Positions 49,929-64,000 of a stretch of DNA of 64,000 bases are shown here, piece after piece (within the stretch, counting starts at the first letter, position 1; each line of letters opens with the position of its first letter). The notes under the pieces were generated by a model that saw nothing but the letters and a program-made list of their open reading frames with translations, was not told the origin of the DNA and ran no database searches. A program made the translations under genes and the position numbers. Source of the stretch: Felis catus (lineage: Eukaryota); NCBI RefSeq assembly GCF_018350175.1, contig NC_058368.1, positions 152,026,001-152,090,000 of the forward strand, written 5' to 3'.

Positions 49929-51817
49929 GGGTATTTTAGGTATTATCTGTTTTCTAGGACTGAATAAGAAAAAGCCATGGATTTACCTGTTACTCAAAGA
50001 GAATGGAGAAAAAGTCCAAGATATAGTAGAAAGCCTCTAATGGGAAAGACATCGGTGACATAGAAAAGATTATTTAATGTGCGGTCTCATAGTTACAGAG
50101 AGAGTGAGGAAAATGACAGAAAACTTGAGATGAGCAACTGTATTATTTTCAATAGGAGAAAAAGATAGATACTGAAAATCTGTGACTGAAAATCTTGTCC
50201 CTGAATAAAACAAGTTGTTGAAATATTCCCTTAAATTGTCAGAATTTAGGAAGAAATAGGTAATCACTCAGATTAAACATGGGTCCTTTGAGGTCAGACT
50301 GTGCTATACTGACTTCATTTCCTTTTATGGCCATATGAATAAATTGTAAAATACTGAATTTATATTGCAAGAAATTTTATAAAAACTGGAATTATACCCT
50401 TTTAAAAGGTTTTGGAGCAGAAACTAAATGGTCATCCATTAGGAGTCTTTTTCAAGGAAAGGGATGCAGATAAACTGATAAACTAGGAGATCTTCTATCT
50501 CTAAAATTGTTTCACTAAAAACAGCACACCATACTCAGGTCATAGTTTTTTGTTTTTTGTTTTTTTTGGCTGGTGAAACTCATGAGGAAGAGTTCTTGGT
50601 AGAGCAGTCTGAGGATGACAGAGGAGGGGAAACTCACTCAACAAAATCACACAACACGGAAGGCTGAAAGCAAGGTTGCAGATCCACCACTTGACTGTAA
50701 GTTACAAGGGAACAAAAATAGCACTGCTTTGGCTCTTGATTTATATGGCACATAGTAGGTGGTCAATAATTATTAATGAAGGAAGGAATGTCACAGATCT
50801 AATTTAACTCTACTTATTCACGAAGGTAAGATGGTGGACTTCACTCGTAGGAGCCAGGAGGCTAAACTACACTTATACTTTCACTGCACATTTCAAACCT
50901 ATTAGACAAGGTGAGACAGGGTTCCTGGCTGCTGCTTTTTCTGAAATTACTTGTATATGAGCAAAACTATCATCCTCTAAAGATGCTAGCCTCGTGATTT
51001 CCTAGCAGATGAGTATATATTACACACAATTTATCCCTTCCATGCATACTACCACCTTAGTCTGGAAAATACACCTGATTGTCTTTCCTTCTTTTACACA
51101 GAAGAGAGGAAGACTCTAGAACAGACATCCATAACTAACCATGCATTCTGTTAGCACTTTCTGAGGGTCATGTCCTCACATTTCCATGGCAGAGGAAGGA
51201 GGTGGGGAGCCTAGTATGACAATCAATATCAAAATTACAGCTCCATGATAAGAAATGCTGTCGACGTGGTAATGACTTGTTTAAACATTTATTAAATCAC
51301 TTCACAACAAATAGTAACACATGAAGTGTTATCTTCACATTTCACAGTGACACCACTTCTAAGCAGAAAAAAAAATGCTAGCCAAACTGTTTTAAAATCC
51401 TCATCGAGATATTATTTAGTTAATACTGAGGGGCTTAATTATTCTTGTTTGTTCACAACCTCTTTACAAACAAATTTGGCAACCAATGCAAGCATGGATA
51501 TACTATTATTGCTGAGAAAATAAATGTCTACTATCAGGAAAGTCAATATCGGAATATCCACAACAAAATAATTTTCACATTCTCTATGAACTTCTCAGGC
51601 CCTCTGTATTTCAGTTTGACTTTCTGTGATCATGGATTATAACAAAGTTATTATTGATGACAGAATAATAATTTAAAATTTATAAAAATCAGGTGAATTT
51701 AATATTCAATCAGATATTGCTCTTTTCATCATTTTTAAAATTTGTACTCCAAAGAAAAGGAATGAATTTTTTAAAAAACACACTTTTATTGGTCATCACC
51801 CAAACACCCCCCATTCT

Positions 51818-51903
51818 ATATATATGTGTGTGTTTGCATGTGTATATTTATATATGTATATATATGTATATACATATATATACATATATATACATACACA
51901 CAC
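51818..51903. repeat. (TA)/(TG)/(CA) mixed microsatellite
   Basis: Direct inspection. Confidence 0.9.
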
Positions 51904-51984
51904 TTTTTTAGAATATGTCAAAGAAAGTTAATGATAATGTAACATTTTTATGTCTATCTACTACCTGTGTCACTTATCTTTGTA

Positions 51985-52452
51985 TTGACTGGCATATAGG
52001 TTAAGCTGTCAAAACAAAGAGGCCATATAGTTCAAAGGTTTAAGGACATCAAGCTCTGAAGAAGTAGTTCAAGGCTAGTGTGGCAGCTCCACAAAGCTAG
52101 AGACCCTAAATCCTTTTTTAAAGTCACTTTACCATGCACTAGAGTGTTGCCTGCCTGCAGTTGAAGGTGGCTCACCACCAGGTCTACTGTGTCCTCATTC
52201 CAGCATGGAGAAGTTGTGTTGGGCTGGGGAGGAGTATAAAACAGAACATGCCCTTCCTTTAAAGGCACTATTTAGAAGCTGTTCACATCACATCCCTTTG
52301 GCCAGACCTTGGTCACTTAGTCACTCTAAGATGCAAGAGAGATTCGAAAATGTTGCCTTGCTTTTTAGTAGTCATGTGCCCAGCTATAATTTGCAGGTTC
52401 TATTACAAAGGAAGGAGCAGAAATAGATACTGGGGACATCTGGGTTCTGACA
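51985..52452 (-). mobile_element. MLT1I/J-like LTR
   Basis: cacatccctttggccagaccttggtcac...gcaagaga...gtcatgtgcccagcta motifs. Confidence 0.6.
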
Positions 52453-53489
52453 GACTTTGAACTATTTTTACGTATATGATCCAAGTTCAGTCTATTTTGC
52501 AGTTTACACAATGATATTGTACATATATTTAAACTGATGCTCAGTATTATTAAGTGGGTTGTTCAATATTATATAACTGATACAACTTGGAACATAGAAC
52601 CAGATTAAAGCCTTTTGAGTCTAAATGTTATGTTCAATACATTATGCTACTTTTTAAAAGATTAACATAAATTCTGAAACTGAAATCATTAAAAAAAAGT
52701 CTTACATCTTCTGGGAAGTGAGTGGATCCAATGACTATAACAAGAGTTTTTAAACCATGGTATTATAGTCTAGTAATTTATCTTGGTCCCTTGAGATGTT
52801 CTGTTACAAGTAATTTATTAATAACAATAAGGTGCTATAGTTTCGGAGTGACTGATTTTTCTACAACTTAGAGTAAAAATACCAATCACACATACTCACT
52901 CAATACAATCCACTTTTTTGGGGTGGACACGAAATCTGTGCAGTAATAACTACCACTACCAGGACAGCATCTGCACAAAACTCTACCTCCAGCAATGACA
53001 GTGTACTTCAAAGGGGGGACAGAATTTTTGCATGTGAGAACCTCCTCTTTCAAAATAAGGAGTCTGGGTTTACAAACTTTATTTTCATTCTTTTTTACTG
53101 ACCACAATGCAAATTTGTGCCACTTGATCAGATATAGGACCAATGAAGATCTCAACCTGGAAGAGATCTGGGGCTATTACTAGAAAAGAAATGAAAAATA
53201 ATCATCATTGTATACAAACGTCAGTATAGTGCCTTTGGTCAGGTCCATTGTTATGACTAAAGGAGTGTGGCAAACTGGGAAACAATTCAAAGAAGAGAGT
53301 TCACCTTCCATTAGCCAGTACGAATGATATTTCTCTGAGATCTTCGATGCCTACATGATGGAATTTTAATTGATTGCTCCTCCCTCCAGTGTCCAGTGTT
53401 GTAATGTTCACCAGTAGCCATGTCATGAAATACGAGGACAGTTATTGCTCTGACAATTATTCATTGCATTTTTGTCTTTTCTCCAAATG

Positions 53490-54412
53490 TAGAAACTATT
53501 ATAAACATCCATTTACAGGTGTTTGCATGGATATAAGTTTTCAAGTCCTTTGGGTAAATACCAAGGATCAGAATTACTGGTTATACGGTAAAAGTATGTT
53601 TAGGTTTATAAGAGATCACCAAACTATCTTCCAAAGTGTCGGCATCATTTTGTATTCCAACCAACAATGAATGAGAGTTCCTGTCACCCTACATCCTCCC
53701 TAGAATTTGGTTTTGTCAATGCTTTGGAATTTGGCCATTCTAATAACGTGTGTAGGGATAGGTCATTATCGTTTTAATTTCCATTGCTCTGATGACATAA
53801 GACATGGAGCATCTTTTTATATCCTTATTTGCAATTTATATACCTTCTTTGGTGAGGTAACTACTCACTAATGACTTTGGTCCATTTTTAAAACTGAGAT
53901 TGTTTGTTTGCTTATTGTTGAGTTTTAAGAGTTCTTTGTATATTTTGGGTAAAAGTCTTTTATGAGATTTGTCTGTTGCAAATATTTTCTCCCAGTCTGG
54001 GGTTCTGCTTCTTATTCTCTTGACACTGTCTTTCAGAAGTTTTAAATTTTAATGAAGTCCAAATTATTAATTCTTTCTTTCATAGATTGTACATTTGATG
54101 TTCCACCTAAAACGTCATCACCAACCCCAAGAGCATCTGGATTTTCTCCTGTTATCTTCTAGGAGTCTAATAATTTTGCATTTTACATTTAGATCTGTGA
54201 TATATTGAGTTAATTATTGTGAAAGGTTTAAGGTGTGTCTGAATTCATTTTTTTTGCATGTGGATGCCCAATTGTCCCAGCATCATTAGTTGAAAAGACT
54301 ATTTTTTAAAAATCTATTGTATTGCATTGGCTTCTTTGTCCAAGATTAGTTGACTATAGCTTTGTAGGTATATTGCTGGGCTCTCTATTCTCTTCCATTG
54401 ATCTATTTGCCT
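53490..54412 (-). mobile_element. L1MB/L1MC ORF2 fragment
   Basis: Antisense L1: ccaaactatcttccaaagt, gttttaagagttctttgtatattttgg, gtcccagcatcattagttgaaaagact, ttccattgatctat. Confidence 0.88.
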
Positions 54413-54854
54413 AATGATGTCTTTCATTATTTTTTAATGGAAGAAATTATAGCCCTGGAGATGCCCAGTGAAGAGGGAAAATTTAGTTATACAACAGGGA
54501 CGAGAGTCAAGGTTCCTGGATGAGGAACTTGGATCTAGTGAATATCAAGGAGTTGTATATGCACAGGAACATAGTGTGCTGGAACATTAAGGACAGAGAA
54601 AGTCAAATATACCGCTTTCCCTGCAGATGGGGTGGTAGATGTGATGGTAGGACACTGGGAATAATCTTTTCAAACTGCTTTTATGATCTCAGTGTAATAT
54701 TAGCAAGATTATCAGAAGAGATTAAGGATGAGAAAGCACATAAGGCTTGAGAAGAGGGTAAGGAGAAAATAAGACAAACTAAGCAAGTGAAGTCTGCCTG
54801 ACAACATTAAAGCTCCCATTGAAATGATGATAAATTTAAAATGAGATGAGTCAT

Positions 54855-54985
54855 GGGTGCCTGGGTGGCTCAGTCAGTTAAGCATCCGACTTCTGTTCAG
54901 GTCATGATCTCACTGCTAGTGGGTTTGAGCCCTGCATTGGGCTCTGTGTGGACAGCTCGGAGCCTGGAGCCTGCTTTGGATTCTG

Positions 54986-55027
<42 letters not shown>

Positions 55028-55089
55028 CCTCCCCCACTCACACTGTGTCTCTCAAAAATAATGCTAAAAAAATTAAAAACTAGAAAAAT
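54855..55089 (+). mobile_element. Can-SINE with (CT)n expansion
   Basis: Perfect 16-bp TSD aaaatgagatgagtca (54838-54853 / 55090-55105). Confidence 0.95.
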
Positions 55090-55761
55090 AAAATGAGATG
55101 AGTCAGCATAAATTTTTTCTCAGCAAGTTCTGCTGCTTAAGTATAGGCACAAAGTAGGCAGACTTTAAGGACTACTCCACCACTATAAGCTCTGTTAATC
55201 CAGGAAAACATACCTAGTTTCTCCAATTGTATTTCCTGATTCATTTTTTACAGGTGTGTTGTGAGACTCAGATGAGATAATATATGTGTACTGTAGTGAT
55301 TAAGAGCTCAAACGCTGGCATTTGTCTGATTGGATTTAAACCCTGACTCCTATGTTAGTAAAAGAGAGAGGGGCAAAGGAAATGAAGGCAAAATCAAAGT
55401 AATGTTTATAATTACAAACCATGGAATATAAGCTGGATAAGGAGGGAAGTGAGAATATGAAATGGAATAGAGGAAGACAGTAAAATATAATTGGATCAGT
55501 GTGGTGTTTTGTTTTGTTTTGTTTTGGAGTCAGGTCATCAGCTGGAACCATAAGTGGTCAAAAAGTAGCATGCCTAAAACTGAGATTATGGTAGAAATAC
55601 AGTATTTGATATGACCTTGGAAGTAAATGTCTGACATAAGGTAGAGGAATAGACTGATGAATCTGAAGAGGTCAAGAAGCTGAAAGCCTGAATATCAGCT
55701 CTGTGGATATTAAAATTACTAAGAAGTATGACAGGGAGTACTGTTGATAAAAATAACAATT

Positions 55762-56195
55762 CATGGCAAGATTTCATTCATTTCTTATGGCCGAATAATA
55801 TACCATTGTGTGTATACATATATACACACACACACACATATATATATACACACACAAGTATATATATCTCACATCTTCTTTATCCATGTGTCATTTGATG
55901 GACCGTTGGGCTCTTTCCACAGCTTGGAAAGAGAAAGAGGGAGGGAGAAGGAGATGGAGAGGGAGAGTCAAAGCAAGAACAGACTTTTAATTATAGAGAA
56001 TAATCTGACGGTTACCAGTGGGGAGGGGTTTGGGGGGGGGTATGTTAAACAGGTGAAAAAGATTAAGGAGTACACTTGTTGTGATGAGTAGAGGGTGATG
56101 TATGGAACTGTTGAATTGCTATATTGTACACCTGAAACTAATAGAACACTGTATGTTAACTAACTGAAAATAAAATAAAAACTTTAAAAAAAAAA
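55762..56195 (+). mobile_element. 5'-inverted (twin-primed) carnivore L1 3' end
   Basis: About 55762-55927 is antisense L1; 55928-56195 is sense L1 3'UTR with poly(A); degenerate TSD aaaaataacaat / aagaatgacaat. Confidence 0.82.
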
Positions 56196-56750
56196 AGAAT
56201 GACAATGAAGCACAAGCTAAAATACCAAGGAATGAGAGGGTCCTGTAAAGGAATACAACAAGGAGGGAGGTGTGGCTAATCTCACAGCTGGACCTTCAAA
56301 GGCAAGGAGGAGTAAAAGAGGAACAAGGGAACAAGAGTAAAGGAGGATACTACCTTACCTGGAAACCTACTAGTACAAGATGTGTGGGAAGAAAACCAGT
56401 CCCCACCTGATAGAGTGCAGAGCACATTTGAAATATTTAGCTTGCTAAGACTCAGAAGTCGTATTCCTAGGTCATAAAGTAGCCACTCAACTCTGCCATG
56501 CTCTGTAGGAAACCAGTGTGCATCATCATCCACCTCTATATTACACTGCACCACCTCTATATTACACTTTTAGAAGAGTCTGGAGCAAACAAAATATCAA
56601 CACATGTAATAGTGGGGTCCAAAATTGTGCAGATATGCAATAGTGGCAGCCTCAGGAAAATATGCAGAGTAATCAACTAAGTAAGCATCTCAAAAGTAGG
56701 CATCGATGATGGGACAAAAGCACTATTTGCTTTTAAATATAGTTTTATCA

Positions 56751-56968
56751 GGGCGCCTGGGTGGCGCAGTCGGTTAAGCGTCCGACTTCAGCCTGGTCAC
56801 GATCTCGCGGTCCGGGAGTTCAAGCCCCGCGTCGGGCTCTGGGCTGATGGCTCAGAGCCTGGAGCCTGTTTCCGATTCTGTGTCTCCCTCTCTCTCTGCC
56901 CCTCCCCCGTTCATGCTCTGTCTCTCTCTGTCCCAAAAATAAATAAACGTTGAAAAAAAATTTTTTAA
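56751..56968 (+). mobile_element. Very young Can-SINE (SINEC_Fc)
   Basis: CpG-rich and near-identical to the 32326-32562 copy; TSD taaatatagttttat / taaatacagttttat. Confidence 0.97.
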
Positions 56969-58099
56969 TAAATACAGTTTTATATTTTCTTGATTCTTCC
57001 AATTTTTTTATATTAATATAGGAATAATTCAAGGAAAGACAGATTTTATTTTCTCTGTGTGTGTACCTATATATGGAATATATTCCTGGGGGTCTTTTCC
57101 CTCCACAGTACTACCGTAGCGAGGTTAGCTTGTAGCAGACAGGCAGCTGGAGGCAGGTGGCAATTGTAAAAGGCAGTTATCAAAATGGCATTAAAATTAT
57201 ATGAAACTACAAATAACAACAATCGTGAGAAGTTTTTAAAATATCCTTTGAAACTATTTCACATCTAGAATGGCTAAATTGAGGCGATCATCACAGGAAA
57301 ATTAAGTCACCAAAAATAATACAATAATAAACCGTTAAAACACACAGCAGCTTTATATCAACGATGTTAAGCTAATAGAAGAAGTGCAAAAGTCTCAACT
57401 CTATAACCATTTAGTCTGGAATAAATAAAAACTTATGACAGAACAAATTAAGTAGTGAACGATTTAATACCATAATTAGTAGTGAGAAATGTAAAAATTA
57501 GTAATTATTGGAGAAACCATATGTTTAATGTATTAAGTGTAGCTATTAAAACTGTATTATATTATTTTGTCAGATTATGTAATGAGTGAGATTTTTCCAA
57601 AATATAAGCTACTTCCTCGGAGAAAGATTAGGTTTTGGGGAAGCCTCATTATTTAGGCCACAGTTAACTGTACATTAGTTTTGTATTATGGTTTGCACAG
57701 TGGGAGGTCTAACTCAATTGTAAAAATAGGTTTTCAAAAGAGTTTGATGAGGTGTCAAAAAACAGTATTTAGCAACTGGTATTTCCAGGGCACTGAATAA
57801 ATCTGGAGCCTCTGTGCCTCCTAGGATCATGTGAGATTTCAGGAGACAAACCTGTAAAGTTTCGGGTCTCCCTCACTAACACAGGAATCCTTTGCCAGTT
57901 AAGACATAAACCCATGCTCAGAAGTTCTCAGAATATCAAGTTAATTCCAGAATATACCAGGAATACTATCATTTGCTAGATGAGACAAGTCCATTTATAA
58001 CTATGGAAATACTTGAAGAAAACTAGACGTCCCACGTGAATTATTTAGGCTTTTTCTAACCTTTCATGGTTTAATACAGGGAATACTCTTTTCCATTGA

Positions 58100-58515
58100 T
58101 TGATTAATCCTTCACAACATATTAAATACCCACAGTGTAGCATGTGCTGGGATATACTTTCACTTATAGACCTTACATTTTATTAAGGAAGAGACTAAAA
58201 ATATACATGTAAACATGCATGTATACATAAATAAAACTAACTCAAAGCCGGTTTAAAAGCTTTGAAAGAAATTCACAAGGGGCCAAAATTATTATTAAGT
58301 CCAGGAATCTCCTTTACAAAGCAGGGAAGCCCTCTGTGAGGAGGTAACATTAGCACCAATCTGAAAGAAGAGGAGCCAGCCCTGACAAGTGTATCGGGAA
58401 AGAGCGTTCCAGGGAAAGCATGTGCAGAAGAATTTCCTGGAACAGAGTAGAATTTGGCATATTCATGAAACAGATAGGATTCCATCATGGCTGGAATATA
58501 TTGGAGAGGAGAGTA
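58100..58515 (-). mobile_element. L2 fragment
   Basis: Antisense L2 3' end (ttcacaacatattaaatacccac...tgtgctgggata) and gggaaagagcgttccagg motif. Confidence 0.6.
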
Positions 58516-58520
58516 TCTGT

Positions 58521-58579
58521 CACACACACTCACAAAGACACACACACACACACACACATGCACACACATGCACACACAC
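58521..58579. repeat. Imperfect (CA)n microsatellite
   Basis: Direct inspection. Confidence 0.9.
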
Positions 58580-58664
58580 TCCAATTTCGCTGAAATACAT
58601 AGCATGTGAAAGTGGAATACAGTGGATATAGAGCTATAGGAAGTGATAAGCTTTCAGAATCATA

Positions 58665-59100
58665 GCCTTATTCAGGTAAGCTTGTATGCCATAAAATCCA
58701 ATTAGCATAAGTGTCATTTCAATGATTTTAATAAATATATACAATTGCACAACCATAACCACCAACCAGTTGAACACTTTTCATCACCTCAAAAAGTTTT
58801 CTCTTATATTTTGCAGTTAATAGCCACTCTTATCTCCAGCCCCAAGCAACTAGTGATCTGCATCTTTTCTTCATGGATTTTCTTTTTCTAGAAATGTCAT
58901 ATAAATTTAATTACACAATATGTAGTCCCTGTGTCTGATTTCTTTCACTTAGCATAATGTGTTTGAGGTTCCCCTGTTGATTCATGTACCAGTAGTAGTT
59001 TGTCACTTTTGATTTCTGAATTGTATTTCATTGTATGGATATACCACATTTTCTTTATTCATTTACCAGTTGATGGACATTTGGATTATTTCCACTTCCT
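58665..59100 (-). mobile_element. L1MB-like 3'UTR fragment
   Basis: ttctttcacttagcataatgtgtttgaggttc...cattgtatggatataccacattt...ttgatggacatttgg. Confidence 0.85.
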
Positions 59101-61089
59101 TGCTCAGAGACTAGTTTGGGAGAATAATAATTACTAGAGAGCCTAGCGAGATACTTGATGGAAGCTGTACCATACTTTTTTTCAAACCTGACACTGTAAC
59201 ATCACAAGGAGCCTGGATATGAAAATAACAACAATTGCCATTTACAGATGGGAAAGTTCAAAACAGTGAGAACAAAGGGACCACCTTATGAAAGGCTCAT
59301 ATGAACATTATCTAATTAAATGTTTTTAATGAGTCTCACAGTTCATCATGTTAATACAGGGTCTGTCAAAGAAAAAAGTTTATTTGAATTATTGGAACTA
59401 AGGCGTGTGTAGAGGTCCATTCAGCTGGGAAGTGCAGTTTGTGCCTAACAGAAATATGCATCCACCATGAAGTCAAATATATGAGATTCTCTTTTCTACT
59501 AATAAGAATTGCTTCCATGATATTAAAGTATTTCTAACTGCCCATCATCTGCATCTGCAAAAATGGCTTTCCCCATGATATCTTCAGATCTTAAAAAAAA
59601 TTTTAAGGTAAATGAAATGCTAAATGGGCCTGTTAATAGAGGGTGGCAAAACTGATGAAGACAATGTGCAATGACTTTCTATATGAGGCAGAAACATGCA
59701 CAACGCATAAAGAAAAAGAAACTAAATATATCTGATGTTGTTATAAAGGCAAAGAGAGCCAAAAGCAATTTGTCTGTGCTTCTTTCCCATCTGTGTGGCT
59801 CCTTCAGTGAAACAGCCAATGTAGTCAAATCTGATGTGCTTTCCCATTATAAAAGTTGTGGCTTAACTAGGAGCTATGCCGGAATGTCTAGATAAAGACA
59901 TCTTTACATAAATACTGTATATACATCGATGTTTTACACATATGCTTTCTACATGTGATTTTTATACACATTCCCTGTTATCCAATCTTCAGGTAATATA
60001 TTAGCCCATGTGAAACATTTAAAAGTAAGCCTTTCTTCCAAAGCTGAGAGAGTTGTTCTTTCTCCTAAACTTGACTATAACATGAAAAAAGCCAGTTATT
60101 TCCTTGTTCTCATATCAGAAAATAAAGTTGTTATCTTCTTTATAGTCAGGACTGGAATAAATAAAACAAATACTTTAAGAAATATCCCCAGGCAGATAGG
60201 AGGTATATGTACTGTGGTCTGTGTCCATCTGATTGGGGACTAAGAGGCTAAGTCCAACATTAAGTGCTTCTCATGAGGAGGCAAACACGACACCAGATAG
60301 CCTTTCCTTCAGACTGGTGCTCCAACCAGCTGACCATTCTAACTATAAACATTTGCCCCAGCTGTATTTTCCCACTCCTGGATGATTGTCTGCCTGGCAA
60401 CAAGATGACAGAAGTACTAAGCCAAAATATCCTTATGTGGGCATAGCTGCCTCCTCATGGCAGAGCCAATTTGGACCCCATCCATTGGCAGGGATGTCCC
60501 AGAAGCAGCCAATTTTAGTTCAGCTTCTTTAAAACTCTGGATTGTAAACAAACAGTAAGATTTTCCACTGTGGAAGGGAGAATAATGAGAAGAAGAATAC
60601 AGTAGAAAAGTGTTAGGTGAGGCAAGTACCTAGTTTACCAGAACAATTAGTAATTAAAATAAAAGAATGGGCTGAAGCCCTTCAGGAACTCTACTGATAA
60701 GTCCCCAGATCTTTCTCTTTTTAAAGTCCATGAACTACATGTATCTCTTTCCTCCTTTTCTTCCCTACACTTAAGTTTTTAAATTTCCATGTTGCTTGTT
60801 TTGTTTTTTCTCCTCCATTTTCTTGATATTTGAAATAGTAGGTCAAAATTGGACATGTTTAGCAGGTGGCTGCTGGTTTTATAGTAAGGGGTAGTTGCTG
60901 TAATTGCTTGGTTTGAACAGCATTAATTTGATGTCATGGATTTCACAAACAAATATTTCTAGATTAAATGTTGTTAAAAAATCATAATTGAATAGATTCA
61001 ACAAAATTTAACGCAGGTCCAGTTCTATCCATTCCACAAATAATTCTTCTCAAGCACAACTTAAATACGCATGTCTCACATGTCACACA

Positions 61090-61335
61090 CATAGTACAAA
61101 GGAGTCAAGAGAGCAGGGAGTTTAGAGTCAGATGGCCAAGCTAGGACTCAGAGCCCACATTACTCATTAGTTCAGTGAGGGTCCTCAGGCAGTATCCTTG
61201 AGTTCTCTGAGCCTTGGTTTCCTCTTAGCAAAAAAGAAATAATAATAATAATTACTTTACAGGGTTGCTGTAAAAACTAAATGACTCCCTGAACCCAATA
61301 AAGTAAGTATCAAAGTTGTTGTTAGCTTTGCTATT
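61090..61335 (+). mobile_element. MIR
   Basis: tttagagtcagatgg...ctctgagccttggtttcctc...cagggttgctgtaa core. Confidence 0.7.
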
Positions 61336-63789
61336 ATTAATGTATTCATGTGCTGTTGATCAAAGTTAATGTGAAACTGCTGATGACCACTTCACAATAT
61401 GGAGAGGGTACACATTTCAAATTGGAATCAGGAAGGTATCTATGGTCAGTAATATCATCTTTTATTAAAATGTAATGCATTAAGCATTATCAATTACAAT
61501 GTAAAAAAATACAGGTAACCCAGTACCATCCGTTGAGAAAATGTAGTGACAAAATGTCATCTTGAATTTGGCATCTCTTTTAAATGTATTTGTATTTTAT
61601 TGATCACAGCAGTATTTATATGCATTTAGGGAAAAATACAGTACACTTTCACATTAGAAATATTTTTCAGATAACCCAAAAAAAAAAAAAGTTTGATGTG
61701 CATATGGATGGGTGGGCTCTGTCCAACAACTCCATTGCTCTTCACAGCCCCTTGGCACATAAACTGGGAATCACTGATGTTGGTTAAGGTCAAAATAGAC
61801 AAGGGAGCCTTACACTTACTAGCTCTGCTTGCCAAGTAGAAATGCTAACCTGCTCTTTCCCAGGATTTTAAAAAAGCATTCAAAGATATTTCACAAGATA
61901 AATGGAAATGGGATAAACACAAGGCCTTAAGGAAAATATACTTCTGGTGCATTTATTAAGCACTTGGATCTGATGCATGACACCTGCTTGAAACTCAGAG
62001 AATTATCACAGGCTTTGCCGAGGAAGGAAAGACAAGAATTATGACTGCACACAGGCTCATACTTCAGCAAGTCAATGTTTTTAAATCAATGAAAAACAAT
62101 CCAGTGATTGTGTTTGCTTCAAAGAGAAAGCAATGTAAGATGACATACAGTATTTCAAGCTGTTCAAATTACTGATGGCAGAGTGGCAAGATATATATCC
62201 ATTAAAACTAAATAGTTGTTTCAGAGTATGTTGGCCAACAGAGATAAATAGTGTCTCTCTGAAGTAAATATAAAATGATTTCCTTACTCAGAGTTTTGGA
62301 CCCTATAATGCTTTTAAACCACAAGTACCTCTTACTCGTTTTGGACATTTTCATTTTGCGCCTTCATTCAGAATTTCTTGAGTTAGCCCAACAAAATAAT
62401 TTCTGCCTAGCAAAGAGGCATATATGTTAGGAACAAAGTATGCATATTTCTATAACAGCCTCACTGATGGTCTTATTTATATTGATAAACTGATCATATT
62501 GAATGAGTTAAACATGAATGAGTAAAATGTGTTAAATGCAAAGGCTGCTCTCATAGGAGTATGACGTCATCAATACTACCACCAGGCTAGAAATTAATGA
62601 GCCATTTTTAAGTATATTATTTTTTAGAGGAAGAATATGTGCAATTTATCCTTTCTTGATTCTTCTCTCGTCAGCATTTTCATTAATAAACTTAAAAAAA
62701 AGAAAACTTTGTTACACAAAGTACTAATCACTTTGCCTTGCATCCTCCTAATCAGTGATAATGATCCTCTCTTCTTTATCTGTCTAGAAATTTCAAGGTA
62801 GCTAATGTGGGACCAAAGAATATTGACCAATAAATAGCATTTACCAATTCTAGCTGTTCAAAACTTAACCATATTTCTTCTACACAAAAATTGTGTACAA
62901 GTGATCATTTAAAAATGACCTTAGTGTCATGCCAAGCTCCTTTTCTCTCAATTGTAAGCTCTGTCCCTTCTCATAAAACACAGCCTAAAAAAAGAGATAT
63001 GTCCTTCAAAACTGGAAAAAAAATACTTTATATAATCTCTCCTACTATACTACCTTCAAAAAGCAGACCATGATAATAAGTCCAGGAGCCAGGCTTCCAT
63101 TTTCATGAGAAACCTGGAAAAATGCAAGAGATACTAACAAATTATGTCTAACAAAGACACCAAATAGAGAAGAGTAGTGTTTGTTGAAGTCTAGAATACA
63201 GTACACTGTTTTTAAATACAAGGTTAAAAGCATATGGATAAAGTGGTTAACTCTGGTTCCTACTCTTTATAAAGAAAACCACACAGGATAATGAAAGATG
63301 GGAAAATGACCAATGTTTGTACTGATCAGTGGTGTAAATATCTATGAGTTTTCAACAATTGACCATTAGAAAGCAACACATTACTATGGTTAAAACAACA
63401 CTGTGGTATATTTAAAGGAATGTAAACTTTTAAGTTAAATAATTGATGAAACAACAACACTAGTGTTTTAATTTTTAAACTCTGCAATTTGGGAAGACAG
63501 CTTAGTCATGGCACAAAATAATTAACAAAGAATATTAAAATCTGGAAAATAGAAAAAAATAGATTTCAAATTCTAATCTCAAATTTAGTAATAATGCTGA
63601 TGCCCCTGAGTATTCTCTATTAATTGTCTATTTTTTTCATTTTCACAATGCTATGCTTATATTGATCTCCATTTATGCTCAAGATCATTGAGTCTGAAAG
63701 CACCTAAGCCAAGAATTAGATTCAGATATGACTAACCTCCAAGTCTGTGACCCAAACTATTACTAAACATTATACTATGAAATCTTGGT

Positions 63790-64000
63790 TTTACTTCTAG
63801 ACCTATTTCTCCCTAAGTTTTCCCCATAATAATAAACTGTCACCCCTCAGTTAGTCAAGCACTAAGCCTAGGCATTACTCTTGACTCCCGTTTTCACTCC
63901 CACTCGACATTCAACCCATCAGCAAGCCCTGCCAACCACTTCAAACTTTTCTCCAAATTTCTACCTGAGTCATCATTTTCTCTCACCCAGAATACTCAAG
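63790..64000 (+). mobile_element. L2 fragment (runs off the window edge)
   Basis: cctaggcattactcttgactcc...cattcaacccatcagcaagccctg L2 motif. Confidence 0.6.

Noticed and set aside
55..63233. ORF-track proteins as real CDS
   Set aside because: All are 109 aa or shorter, many start at non-ATG codons, none resembles a known family, and many translate SINE, L1 or microsatellite sequence.

Overview
AT-rich mammalian genomic DNA from a feliform carnivore, most likely a felid, judged by about 18 Can-SINE/SINEC_Fc-type insertions, many with target-site duplications (TSDs). No credible protein-coding region is present: the six-frame ORFs are short, unrecognisable, or run through SINEs, L1s and microsatellites. 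Much of the window is interspersed repeat (SINEC, L1, L2, MIR, MLT1/LTR16 LTRs, MER5/MER20/MER63 DNA transposon relics). Several unique islands carry minus-strand splice signals (about 35153+, 34272-34332, 29035, 9735-9805, 8567-8734, 761-934). These suggest non-coding (5'UTR or lncRNA) exons of a large minus-strand gene whose coding part, if any, lies left of the window; I cannot name the gene. The most notable details are a perfect 10-bp hairpin burying one candidate 3' splice site, an L1 inserted into an older L1 in homologous register, a 5'-inverted (twin-primed) L1, a nested SINE cluster and a perfect 67-bp duplication. I see no convincing evidence of a new biological system. Repeat subfamily names come from recalled consensus sequences, and repeat boundaries are approximate.
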